From an uncultured Nitrospiraceae bacterium (lineage in GTDB: Bacteria; Nitrospirota; Thermodesulfovibrionia; Thermodesulfovibrionales; Dissulfurispiraceae): a stretch of DNA of 64,000 bases. The stretch covers positions 1 to 64,000 of the forward strand of contig CAVSHF010000003.1 in the NCBI GenBank assembly GCA_963727805.1. Direction: 5' to 3'. How positions within the stretch are numbered: position 1 is the first letter of the stretch; every line of letters begins with the position of its first letter. The notes below the pieces were generated by a model that worked only from the letters and a program-made list of their open reading frames with translations, was not told the origin of the DNA and made no database searches. The translations under genes were made by a program, and so were the position numbers. Of this stretch, positions 50,987 through 61,368 are shown piece by piece.

Positions 50987-53314
50987 ATGAAGCCACATCT
51001 TTTAATGTTTTACCTCCTACGGATTGCTTTTACCCTGGTGCTTTTGAGTCCTATTGGTGTGTGTTCTGTGCGTCATGCCAATGCCGATGGCAGTTTTATT
51101 TCCGCGCCGAACCGCGTAGACATGGTTCACGACCCGATTCGCAACATCCTCTATATCACTTCGGGAGGCCAGGTCTTACAGTACGACCTCAAGGCCCAGC
51201 AATTTCTCACCCCGTTTCAGTTGGGTGGGAATTTGAAGGGTATTGACCTTTCGCCCGACGCTAACACTCTGGCTGTAGCGGATGAAGGACAAATTGGCAT
51301 ATTTCTAATCACCCTTAACACCGGCGACAAACAAAGGGTTTCCTTCACTCCAGGGCAATTTGGTGAAGAAGGCACTTTTTCAGTCGCCTACGGCAACGAT
51401 GGTAATATCTTGATTACAAGCTCGTTCAACGGTTCGGGATGGGTACCGCTGCGACAGTACAATCCCAGTACCGGGGCCGTAACGATTATCTCCTCGCTCA
51501 TGGATATTACGCAGGACACAATGTTGAGCGCAAGTGCCGATGGCAGTATAATCGGCTTTGCAGAAAGTAACATCTCCGATGGAAGGTGGGGACGTTATAG
51601 GGTTAGTGATGGGGATTATGTTGAACGTACAGGCTATGCAGATGGTACCAGCGCATTCAACTATGAGATTGCTACGAACCGCAACGGGACGCAGTTTGCG
51701 ATCCCGACATATTACGGAACATATATTTACGATTCTAATTACAACAAAATATCCACGATTGGTACATATGCAGGAACGCAACCCATTGGGTGTGTTTATC
51801 ATCCAAACAAAGACATCCTCTATTGCGCAATGTCTGGAACAAATGAGTTGCTTGCCTACGAGACCTCTTGGTTTGCTCAAGTTGGGTCATATAATGTGGA
51901 ATACACATTCCAGAATCCTGGCAACTTTGCCTATCAGCAAGGACGTCTAAAAATATCGCGTGACGGCTCGTTGCTCTTTGTTACTGTGGGAGGAGGAGTC
52001 CAGTATGTAGCCAATAATCCCATCTCTTATCAGCTAACTGCAAACACTACAGGCACCGGAAGCGGCATTCTCACAAGCACCACATCGTTGCTCCAGTGCT
52101 CGGGTAATACTTGCAGTGGTATGCTGGATGCACTGACAAGCGCAACTATTACCGCCACCCCTGATGCCAATTCTTTCTTTGCCGGCTGGACTGGCTGCCA
52201 GAATGCCACGAACAACCCTTGCTTGATTACGATGACTGCCGCCTCTACGGTTACCGCTACTATTAATGCCTGCAACATCACTATCACTCCTCCCTCAAAC
52301 ACTAGCTTTGAGTACCCCGGTGGCGGGGCTAACATAATGATCACAGCTGCAGATAGTTCGTGTGCATGGACTGCGACAAGCAGCAATCCCTCCTGGTTAT
52401 CCTTAACATCGGCAAGCAATGGAAGTGGCAATGGGTCTGTGACGTTTACCGTATTAAATAATCCAAGGAGTATTAAGCGTACAGGGACTATTACCATTGC
52501 TGGGCAACAGGTCACCATCGTACAGGCTGCTTCAAAACAGTCCAAAATTGGGGTTTTTAGAAACGGTGCATGGTACATGGATTATCTGGCTACAACTTCG
52601 TGGAGCGGTTGCGATTCGGACGGTTGCTATAACTTCGGGATGGCCTCCGACATACCTGTAATTGGTAATTGGGATGGCACGGGCCCTTTACGCATGGGCG
52701 TTTTTAGGCAGGGTAAATGGTATCTCGATATAAAAGGCAATGGGATATGGGATCCCTCGGTTGACACCTCTGCCACATTCGGAATGGTTGGCGATATTCC
52801 TGTCGTTGGAGACTGGAACGGCAGTGGAAATACCAAAATCGGGGTATTTAGAAATGGAATGTGGTATCTTGATTACAATGGCAGCAATGCGTGGGAAAGT
52901 TGCGGTGCGCCAGCTAATACCGCCAAAGACGCTTGCATATCTTTTGGTATGGTTGGCGATATTCCTGTTGTTGGGGACTGGAATGGCAGTGGCGTGGCTA
53001 AGATCGGAGTATTCAGAAACGGGATGTGGTACCTTGACTACCCCGGTACGGGCACATGGGTTGGCTGTGGAGCGCCCGCTGACGTAACTAAAGATGCCTG
53101 TATACCGTTTGGCATGGCGGGTGATATCCCCGTCGTCGGAGACTGGAATGGTGACGGAAGGATAAAGATAGGAGTATTTAGGGATGGGACATGGTATCTG
53201 GACTATAATGGCAACAACACGTGGGATGGATGTGGAGCACCGGGTGACTTAACCAAAGATGCCTGCTTTACGTATGGATTCCCTACAGATATTCCTATCG
53301 CTGGACAGTGGTAA
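50987..53314 (+). CDS. Secreted surface protein: beta-propeller + InlB-like repeat + BACON + VCBS/FG-GAP-like repeats
   Basis: Signal peptide, YVTN-like propeller, ATPDANSFFAGWTG, WTATS..WL...GSGNGSVTFTV..N...RTGTITIAG, repeated GDIPVVGDWNG..KIGVFRNG.WYLD. Confidence 0.85.
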   Translation: MKPHLLMFYLLRIAFTLVLLSPIGVCSVRHANADGSFISAPNRVDMVHDPIRNILYITSGGQVLQYDLKAQQFLTPFQLGGNLKGIDLSPDANTLAVADEGQIGIFLITLNTGDKQRVSFTPGQFGEEGTFSVAYGNDGNILITSSFNGSGWVPLRQYNPSTGAVTIISSLMDITQDTMLSASADGSIIGFAESNISDGRWGRYRVSDGDYVERTGYADGTSAFNYEIATNRNGTQFAIPTYYGTYIYDSNYNKISTIGTYAGTQPIGCVYHPNKDILYCAMSGTNELLAYETSWFAQVGSYNVEYTFQNPGNFAYQQGRLKISRDGSLLFVTVGGGVQYVANNPISYQLTANTTGTGSGILTSTTSLLQCSGNTCSGMLDALTSATITATPDANSFFAGWTGCQNATNNPCLITMTAASTVTATINACNITITPPSNTSFEYPGGGANIMITAADSSCAWTATSSNPSWLSLTSASNGSGNGSVTFTVLNNPRSIKRTGTITIAGQQVTIVQAASKQSKIGVFRNGAWYMDYLATTSWSGCDSDGCYNFGMASDIPVIGNWDGTGPLRMGVFRQGKWYLDIKGNGIWDPSVDTSATFGMVGDIPVVGDWNGSGNTKIGVFRNGMWYLDYNGSNAWESCGAPANTAKDACISFGMVGDIPVVGDWNGSGVAKIGVFRNGMWYLDYPGTGTWVGCGAPADVTKDACIPFGMAGDIPVVGDWNGDGRIKIGVFRDGTWYLDYNGNNTWDGCGAPGDLTKDACFTYGFPTDIPIAGQW

Positions 53315-53547
53315 GTACTAATTTGTTCGACTTCTAAAAGAAATGGGCTCTGTGAGCTAATCAATACTTGGGATAGCCTAACTACCTTTCCCGCGAACAG
53401 CTTTCAGGTGCCGCTTTTTTTTTGCATCGCGGCATTATAAAAAGGCCACTAAAACAGAGTAATTCATCTTACAGAATTGTTGAACAACAGATCGATAGAG
53501 CTGTAAACTGAGATCTTATTTTGACTCAACACAGAAAGGGGAATTTA

Positions 53548-56500
53548 ATGTCGCTTAGAAATGTTTATCCAAGGACTGAAAGAGCCCTTTTTTATTTAAG
53601 TCTAATATTGTTTATATTTTCGGTAGCCCCTGCATATGCAATTCTAGGAAGTATTACCGGAAAAGTTACGAATGCAGAAGGTTTAGGATTAGGGGGTGTT
53701 TATGTTTCTGAATATGAGAGTGGAAATTTTCAAGGAACTGTTATCACCGGTCTAGATGGTAGCTACACCTTAAATTCATTGCCTACTGGTAGCTACGCTA
53801 TTTGCTTTACGGCGAGTAATTCTGGCTATTCAGAACAATGTTTTAACAAAAAAAATACTCAGGGTAGTGCTGACCTTGTCTCTGTTATTGCTCCAAACAC
53901 TACAGCGGGAAATGATGCTGTTTTAACACCAGGTGGCAACATTTCTGGTACCGTCGTTAATTCAGCGGGTGCAGGACTTGCCGCCCTTGTGAGCGTATTC
54001 GACACTAATGACAATTGGGTCACTGCAGTCTTTGCAGGTCAGGACGGCAACTATACTATATCTAATTTGCTAACTGGGAATTACAAGGTACAGTTCTCTG
54101 TGTCTACTGTAACAGGATATTTAAGTCAGTGGTATAACAATAAACAAAATAAAGCCGATGCTGATTTTGTGTCAGTGACGCCATCCAACACTACAACGAT
54201 AAATGTTGTTTTTGATTACAGAGGAGTTATCTCCGGAACTGTGACCAATGCGTACGGCATCGGTTTAGCTAACGTTTATGTTACAGCATATCAGGGTAAT
54301 ACAGATTTATTTTCTTCTCAATCATATACATTACAAGACGGCAGTTACTCATTAACTGGATTGATAACTGGCACCTATACTATCGAGCTATATGAAGCAG
54401 GATATATAACACAATGGTATAGCAACAAGAGCGATCAGAATAGTGCCGATATGGTTGCCGTCACAGCCCCAAATACAACATTAGTCAATGCGGTTCTGGT
54501 TCACCTTGGAAGTATTTCTGGGAGAATCACAAATGCTGCTGGAACTGGTATAGCAAATGTAACTGTAGTTGCCAATCTCGGTGGTTCTAATACCAGTTTT
54601 ACTACAATAACTGCGCAGGACGGCAGCTATACTTTAAATAACCTGTTAAATGGCCATTATAGGATTCAATTCAGCCCGCAGAGTGAATCTGGCTATGTAT
54701 CGCAGTGGTACAACAATAAAAGCGACCCAAATGGAGCAGATCAGATATCTGTTACTGCACCTGATACGATAACCGGAATAGACGCTGTATTGATGCCGGG
54801 CGCAATCATCTCAGGCCAAGTGACAAATGCAGGTGGAACTGGGATATCGAATGTCTGGGTATATTTGTGGGACAGCAGCGGTAATTCTACTGGGTTAGGT
54901 GTCGGGACTGGCCAAGACGGTAGTTACACAATAACAGGAGTACCTACCGGTAATTATAAAATCCAATTTGTCCCGCAATATGGTTCTGGCTATTTGAATC
55001 AATGGTACAACAGAAAAGGAGATTTTAATAGTGCGGACTTGGTTTCAATAATGGCCCCTAATACGACAACAGTAGACGCAGTGCTTTCTGCTGGCGGTAC
55101 TATATCAGGCATTGTTTCCAATGCTGCAGGGAATGGAATTCCCTATGTTTTTATAGACGCATATGACAGTAACGGTAATTATTATGGAGGATACGGTACT
55201 GATTCTGCAGGCAGATACGCCATACCTCATTTACCTACCGGAAGTTACAAGGTTTATTTTAACCCATTGGCTCCCACAACAGGATATTCAAGTCAATGGT
55301 ATAACAATAAGGCAGATCAACTCAGCGCCGATGTTATTAGTGTTACGGACCCTAATACTACTACTCTAAACATTATTCTGAGACCTTATCGATGGGATCT
55401 GGGGTCCTTTGATGGATCGCAGTATTCAGCTGCTTATGGAACATCAGCAGACGGCGCTGTCGTTGTCGGCGGGTTTGGATTTCAGCCCAACGCCGACTAC
55501 TTTTATTCATTTCGATGGACTCAGTCTGAGGGGATGGTTAACCTAGATCATTATCAGCATCAGTGGTATTCTGTGGCTGATGGCGTATCGGCAGACGGGA
55601 CCGTTATTGTAGGCATACTCACACGCGTCAATGGTTATCTTACGCGTGCCTTTCGATGGACTCAGGCTGAGGGGATGGTTGACATAGGTACAGCGCCGGG
55701 CGGGGCCAATGCGGCAGCTTATGGAGTTTCTGCAGACGGAACTGTCATAGTCGGCACGGCGGACAATGCTGCTGGCAATTGGCGTGCATTCCGATGGACT
55801 CAGGCAGGTGGCGTGACCGATCTTGGAGCATTGCCGGGCGGAGCCAATGGGATAGGTTTGGGAGTCTCTGCAGACGGAACTGTCATAGTCGGCGTGGCGG
55901 ACGATAGTGCTGGCAATTTGCGTGCGTTCAGATGGACTCAGGCTGGTGGCATGGCCGATCTTGGAACATTGCCGGGCGGGGCAAATGCTGCAGCTTACGG
56001 TGTTTCTGCAGACGGATCTGTCATAGTCGGCGCGGCCGACGATAGTGCTGGCAACACGCGTGCATTCCGATGGACTCAGACCTATGGCATGGTTGACATA
56101 GGAACGATAGCAGGTGGAGGCAATGCAGCAGCTTATGGAGTTTCTGCAGACGGAACCGTCATAGTGGGCTCGACCGAAGATAGTGCCGGCAATGCAGTGG
56201 CCTTTTATTGGACTAATGCAATAGGTATGAAAACTATCGGTCAGTGGCTAGCTGACATTGGAATGGCAACTTCGACAGGAGAGTTTTCTGACGCCTACGC
56301 AATTTCTGCTGATGGCAAAACAATTGTTGGACAACTATCTAATGGACAGGCATTTCGTGTATCCATAAATAGTCTTAGCGCATACCATGCTACCGTTGCG
56401 CCAACAGGGGGCGGTAAAAGCGTGAATCTTTCCGCTGCCAATGAATCTTGGACAGCAGTGAGCAATGTTCCATGGATAACCGTTACCTCTGGTAGCAGCG

Positions 56501-57453
56501 GCACCGGTAACGGAACAGTACAGTATTCAGTCGCTTCCAATGCAGGTGGAGTGCGGACCGGCACGATAACGATAGCGGGTCAGACATTGACAGTGATGCA
56601 GGGGACAACCTTAACACATGCACAGATAGGGGTATTTCGCTCAGGGGCTTGGTATGTGGACCGCGATGAAACGTTTGGATGGAGCGGATGTGGTCCGGAC
56701 GGATGTTACGCATATGGCATGGCGGGAGACCATGCTGTGACGGGAGACTGGGATGGAGTTGGCATCGTACGGCTGGGTGCTTTCAGAAATGGGATGTGGT
56801 ATTTGGACTATAACGGAGACGGGCAGTGGAGTGGCTGCGGAACGACAGCAGATACGGATCGCTGTTACACTTACGGGATGCTAGGTGACATTCCTGTGGT
56901 AGGTGACTGGAATGGTAATGGTGTATCCAAGATAGGAGTGTTCAGAAACGGGATGTGGTATCTTGACTACTCTGGGACATACGCTGCGACTGGCACATGG
57001 GCTGGCTGTGGTGCGCCAACGGATCCGACGAAAGCTGCCTGCATAGCTTTTGGAACGGCAGGCGACATCCCGGTAGCAGGCAACTGGAACGGCAGTGCCG
57101 ATGGTGAATCCAAGATAGGAGTGTTCAGAAACGGGATGTGGTATCTTGACTACTCTGGGACGTACGCTTTGACTGGCACATGGGCTGGCTGTGGTGCGCC
57201 AGCGGATCCGACGAAAGCTGCCTGCATAGCTTTTGGAACGGTCGGTGACATCCCGGTAGTTGGTGACTGGAACGGCAGTGCCGATGGTGAATCCAAGATA
57301 GGAGTGTTCAGAAACGGGACGTGGTATCTAGACTATCCCGGGACGTACTCTGCAACGAGCACGTGGCTTGGGTGTGGAGCGCCTGCGGATGGAAGCAAGG
57401 ATGCGTGTGTGCCCTTTGGGATGAGTGGCGACCTGCCAGTAGTTTTGCGATAA
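53548..57453 (+). CDS. Large secreted surface protein: six carboxypeptidase-regulatory-like domains + HAF repeats + BACON + VCBS-like repeats
   Basis: Six G.ISG.VTNA.G...DG.Y.I..L.TG.Y...QWY units, AYGVSADG.VIVG...RAFRWTQ..GM.DLG repeats, same C-terminal module as the upstream gene. Confidence 0.88.
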   Translation: MSLRNVYPRTERALFYLSLILFIFSVAPAYAILGSITGKVTNAEGLGLGGVYVSEYESGNFQGTVITGLDGSYTLNSLPTGSYAICFTASNSGYSEQCFNKKNTQGSADLVSVIAPNTTAGNDAVLTPGGNISGTVVNSAGAGLAALVSVFDTNDNWVTAVFAGQDGNYTISNLLTGNYKVQFSVSTVTGYLSQWYNNKQNKADADFVSVTPSNTTTINVVFDYRGVISGTVTNAYGIGLANVYVTAYQGNTDLFSSQSYTLQDGSYSLTGLITGTYTIELYEAGYITQWYSNKSDQNSADMVAVTAPNTTLVNAVLVHLGSISGRITNAAGTGIANVTVVANLGGSNTSFTTITAQDGSYTLNNLLNGHYRIQFSPQSESGYVSQWYNNKSDPNGADQISVTAPDTITGIDAVLMPGAIISGQVTNAGGTGISNVWVYLWDSSGNSTGLGVGTGQDGSYTITGVPTGNYKIQFVPQYGSGYLNQWYNRKGDFNSADLVSIMAPNTTTVDAVLSAGGTISGIVSNAAGNGIPYVFIDAYDSNGNYYGGYGTDSAGRYAIPHLPTGSYKVYFNPLAPTTGYSSQWYNNKADQLSADVISVTDPNTTTLNIILRPYRWDLGSFDGSQYSAAYGTSADGAVVVGGFGFQPNADYFYSFRWTQSEGMVNLDHYQHQWYSVADGVSADGTVIVGILTRVNGYLTRAFRWTQAEGMVDIGTAPGGANAAAYGVSADGTVIVGTADNAAGNWRAFRWTQAGGVTDLGALPGGANGIGLGVSADGTVIVGVADDSAGNLRAFRWTQAGGMADLGTLPGGANAAAYGVSADGSVIVGAADDSAGNTRAFRWTQTYGMVDIGTIAGGGNAAAYGVSADGTVIVGSTEDSAGNAVAFYWTNAIGMKTIGQWLADIGMATSTGEFSDAYAISADGKTIVGQLSNGQAFRVSINSLSAYHATVAPTGGGKSVNLSAANESWTAVSNVPWITVTSGSSGTGNGTVQYSVASNAGGVRTGTITIAGQTLTVMQGTTLTHAQIGVFRSGAWYVDRDETFGWSGCGPDGCYAYGMAGDHAVTGDWDGVGIVRLGAFRNGMWYLDYNGDGQWSGCGTTADTDRCYTYGMLGDIPVVGDWNGNGVSKIGVFRNGMWYLDYSGTYAATGTWAGCGAPTDPTKAACIAFGTAGDIPVAGNWNGSADGESKIGVFRNGMWYLDYSGTYALTGTWAGCGAPADPTKAACIAFGTVGDIPVVGDWNGSADGESKIGVFRNGTWYLDYPGTYSATSTWLGCGAPADGSKDACVPFGMSGDLPVVLR
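56926..57340 (+). repeat. Near-identical 183-bp intragenic tandem repeat (about 2.3 units)
   Basis: TCCAAGATAGGAGTGTTCAGAAACGGGA starts at 56926, 57109 and 57292. Confidence 0.9.
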
Positions 57454-58358
57454 AGATGATACGATTGTAAGGTCAGTTAAGAAGACTCTTCTTTAGATTA
57501 GCCGTTTGTGGTACTGTACCTTGGGAGTCATAATATGAAAATATCGACTCCATAGCGGATTAATAAGGTGTATTCAAAAATACTTAATGAATGATATGGT
57601 GTAATTGCGGCTTTAAGTCCGTATTCCGGAAATATTATGAACGCAACCGGTCAAGACTTTAAACAGCTATATTATTGCAGATTCCGCTTCTCCAAATGAT
57701 GTCTTGTATGCGAACCGAACGACCGGAGTGAGTCGTCTGTAGTGAAATCTTTTGTGGTATAGAGAATCAGCCACTGAAGCTTTCCGGTCGTAACAACGCC
57801 CTCTGACTGATTGGCTGTACTCGCGACTTCTGTGAGCAGGTAAGCGTGTTTCGATATTTCCGTATGCATGATTAGTAGGCGAAATGAACGATAGTAGATA
57901 ATCGCCCGTTGTGGAGACTTCTTGGAGTTATGAGCGGACCTCTGATAATTACCGCTTATATCCTTCGGTGTATTCTGGATACCGTCTAGCGATAATTTCT
58001 GTGAGTTCTTGTTTCAACATCTTTCTTCTTTTAAAGACGAGAAACGCCTTGTTTTACTTCTTTCCCCTCTGATAAGCGTTTTACGATCAGAGCCCCTGAT
58101 TCTAGGAAACGGTTGAGGTCCTTGTGAGTGTCAACACTCTTGTCAACACATATGGAAGAAATAGGCACCTTTTGCCGAAAATAAGGGTAAATAAGAGACA
58201 TGACAGAAGGTCTTAAATACAATAATACTTAGACCAATCGATTTCCTTAATATAAATTTCTAGTCATTGTTTGAGCGTATACGCTACCTTATCTTTGTCC
58301 ACTGCCCGTCTTTTAGTATTTAACAGTTACGTCCTTAACGGGGGGACAATTATATTCA

Positions 58359-58832
58359 TCATGACGCAGTGCAGGGCGGGACTTTTATTTTCAGACGTTT
58401 TTGCAGTTCCGGGGTGAGCATAGTTTCGGTCACATAAGCCATCTGTGCGAAACCATCCCTCTTTTTTATCAAGAGCCATTCCTTGATCTTCCCTGACATT
58501 TTTGCGAGCACGAAACTGCCTTTCAGTTTTTTACCCTTTAGGACAAATTCAAGCCTGCTCTCAGCAATGCTTCCGCCGGCTGGTTCGTAGTCCCCACTGT
58601 CCCAGATTACCACTGTGCCAGAACCGTATTGTCCTGCCGGAATAATCCCTTCATAGGTACCGTATTCCAACGTATGGTCCTCAACCATGATTGCCAGACG
58701 TTTATCTTTGGGATTCATCGAGGGTCCTTTCGGAATGGCCCATGATTTCAGCACTCCGTCGATCTCCAGCCTGAAATCAAAATGGAGGTGGGTTGCATGA
58801 TGTTCTTGGACTACAAACATAGGCATATGCAT
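58359..58832 (-). CDS. Stand-alone LigD 3'-phosphoesterase domain protein
   Basis: FVVQEHHATHLHFDFRLEIDGVLKSWAIPKGPS...RLAIMVEDH...YGSGTVVIWDSG. Confidence 0.92.
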   Translation of the reverse strand: MHMPMFVVQEHHATHLHFDFRLEIDGVLKSWAIPKGPSMNPKDKRLAIMVEDHTLEYGTYEGIIPAGQYGSGTVVIWDSGDYEPAGGSIAESRLEFVLKGKKLKGSFVLAKMSGKIKEWLLIKKRDGFAQMAYVTETMLTPELQKRLKIKVPPCTAS

Positions 58833-59332
58833 AATTCTAATTATAACGATAACGCACGAAGTTAAATGTATACTTGCTAATGGGGATTAAACAATCTGTT
58901 CTATCCTATCGCAATTAATATGCGTTAAAGGCGGAGCAAAACACGGGTAGTTACGATTGGTATCGAGCCCGAGTTGACGTCATAGGAACGTCATAAATTT
59001 AGCGGAAAGCATAGGAATTTATGAGAATCCATAGGAAAACTCAAAACACTAAAAAAGGACTTTAAAACAGTCTGTTATATAAAAAAGCCAGGTATTTCAC
59101 GCCTGCTTAAAAACCCTACTACGTCCTCTCAACGCCACGACACTCAGACAAATTGCAATTGTGCCCCTTAATGTTAAAAAATATGTGTTCAGAATAGTGG
59201 GGGGCAAGACGGTAATACTTGATTTTCTGAACATTTAATCGATAACAAATTAAGATACATTATTGCATATGGCAAGAGAGATCAGAGGAAGCTTATTGTA
59301 AATAAACAGGACTTCTGTAATGGGAATAAGGC

Positions 59333-59584
59333 ATGGAATCTAGTAATATTAGAGTGTATGAAGAAGATGCGGACAGATGTTCAATCAAGGAGAGGATTGG
59401 CAAGTGCGTCATACTGCTTCCCCAGGCAAATTTCTGTTTGGATTGTCACTGCCTGCATATTGGTACTCACTGCCCCAACTGTTGCTCTACAAGGGTTGTA
59501 AGGCTAGTTGAGTTATTGCTTGACGTCGGAGACATTTCTGCTGAGTCGCTCAAAAGTTTAATCGATGAGAAAATTAAAGTCTAG
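59333..59584 (+). CDS. Small hypothetical zinc-ribbon-like protein
   Basis: CLDC...CPNC motif. Confidence 0.55.
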   Translation: MESSNIRVYEEDADRCSIKERIGKCVILLPQANFCLDCHCLHIGTHCPNCCSTRVVRLVELLLDVGDISAESLKSLIDEKIKV

Positions 59585-59859
59585 TGCCCATATATACAAT
59601 AGTGGCTATGAAGCATAGAAAGCTGGCATTCACGATTGTGGCGAGCAAGATGCCTGCAACGCCATAACACTTAGATGCTTCATAATCACGGTTGTTCGGT
59701 AGAACCGTAAACAATATGCCCTGGAAGTCTTGTCTAATTCTTGCCAACGTTATTTAGCGGAATTGGGGGCCTGCCATTGCAGAAGGGAGCGATGAATGTT
59801 GCCGACAAGTGAGGCATTGCGCACGTTCTCCTTTCTGCGGAGAGCACAACTGAGAGTGG

Positions 59860-60004
59860 GAAAGAGCTTGCCCACGATCTCCCCTGCCTTATCTCTGTCG
59901 TATGACCTGAAGATTTTCGTAGTTACGATAAAGGTAAAGCGGCTTATCCCTCCTACCCAGAGGGCAAGTATGCTTATATAGACTGAATGAATGAAAGCTG
60001 TCAT
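59860..60004 (-). pseudogene. Truncated DUF4149/TMEM205-like membrane protein
   Basis: LALWVGG...FTFIV...IFR...RDKAGEIVGKLFP, followed by unrelated sequence. Confidence 0.7.
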
Positions 60005-60036
60005 AATATTATCGCCTCTATTCAATTCTAACGAAG

Positions 60037-60609
60037 ATGATACGCAAAGAAAGAATGAATAAAACCGGCTTACTTCTAATAGATATTCAGCGTGATTTCT
60101 TACAGCCTTCTGGACGGATGTTTGTTGGCAAAAAACAAGCTGACAACGTTATTAAATGTGCTTTGCGCCTGATATCTTTTGCTAAGAGCAATAATGTGCA
60201 GCCTATTTTGATAGTGAATCGGTTTCCAGCCAATGATCGATTCGGAAATTTCTTCCGTCGTCATGCGGCTATTGCCGGAAGTGTGGGTGCTGAAATAGAC
60301 CCAAGGATCGTATCACAGGGCTTCCCTTGTTTTACCAAAGAAACGTCTGATGCATTTTCGAATGCGGAACTTAATGATTTCTTGAGAGGACAGGGAATTA
60401 CTCACCTTATTATTGTCGGTGTCTATGCGGAGGGGTGTGTGCTATCGACAGCAAAGGGCGCCATGAAACGTGGATATGAGGTAACTATTGCCTCAAATGG
60501 TGTTGAATCTAATAAAGAATGGAAGAAGCGATTGGCATTTTGGGATATTCAATGGAGAGGGGCGCATGTTGTTAGCAGTTCGGATATCCAAAGAGACTCC
60601 ACCTCCTAA
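60037..60609 (+). CDS. Isochorismatase-family cysteine hydrolase
   Basis: LLLIDIQRDF, FTK..SDAF, VGVYAEGCV.STA; start may be ATG 60055. Confidence 0.9.
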   Translation: MIRKERMNKTGLLLIDIQRDFLQPSGRMFVGKKQADNVIKCALRLISFAKSNNVQPILIVNRFPANDRFGNFFRRHAAIAGSVGAEIDPRIVSQGFPCFTKETSDAFSNAELNDFLRGQGITHLIIVGVYAEGCVLSTAKGAMKRGYEVTIASNGVESNKEWKKRLAFWDIQWRGAHVVSSSDIQRDSTS

Positions 60610-60779
60610 TCATTAGGGCTGCCGATACTTGGAATTTAGTGATTCCCTGAAGAAATCATCACAAATGTATAGTGCAATTATATTGACTTGGTGGCTACAA
60701 AAGAGGGATATTATACCAAGTCAGTTCGTTACGCTGGCATTGCTCGTCACCATTCAAGCTTACGCGGAGAAAGTTTAAC

Positions 60780-61004
60780 ATGAAAGATCCAAAGTTAAAT
60801 AGAGATTGGCATCACAACCACCAGATGCCTGCTAACGCCACGATGGAACAAAGGCTGGAATGGCACCTTGAACATGTCAAGTGCTGCGGGTGTCGGCCCA
60901 TTCCTGTGAAGGTTGCTGAAGAAATAAAAAAAGGGGAATTGCCACGCATAACGCGCTCAAGAATTTTGCAGCAAGCGGCGGCCGCACACATTAGCTGGGT
61001 GTGA
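60780..61004 (+). CDS. Small His/Cys hypothetical protein, cassette-like
   Basis: NRDWH..H.MP.NAT.EQRLEWHLEH...CGCRPIP; GGAG RBS. Confidence 0.7.
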   Translation: MKDPKLNRDWHHNHQMPANATMEQRLEWHLEHVKCCGCRPIPVKVAEEIKKGELPRITRSRILQQAAAAHISWV

Positions 61005-61368
61005 GGTTTATTCTACAGTGCATGTATCGAAATAAGCCTCGACTGTCATTACAATGGACTCCTTACAGGTGCGGATTTCTGTGAGGATCTGCTGCAGCGG
61101 CTAACTCCTGAGAGTCAACACTTTGGCCATATTACCAAAAATGTTGGTTGAAATTAATCGATAAACTCAGATTCTTGGGTTTTACTTAAAGTCATCGCCG
61201 CAGAGAAATGGCTCACTATACAAGATTTCAATGATAATCCTCAGTGGGTGTTAGAAGCTCACTTGTCACACTCTGTCCATGAGCCATATTTATCTTTGTA
61301 CATCGAACACCGGGAAGGCTGGATGCCTGGCGCACGCTAAGGTGATAAAAAGTGACATTGTTTTTACA

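Noticed and set aside
56926..57340. 183-bp repeats as DGR template and variable regions
   Set aside because: They are in-frame tandem coding repeats, and the differences are not adenine-specific.
57672..58222. Two short minus-strand ORFs
   Set aside because: They may be pseudogene debris, but no family could be assigned.
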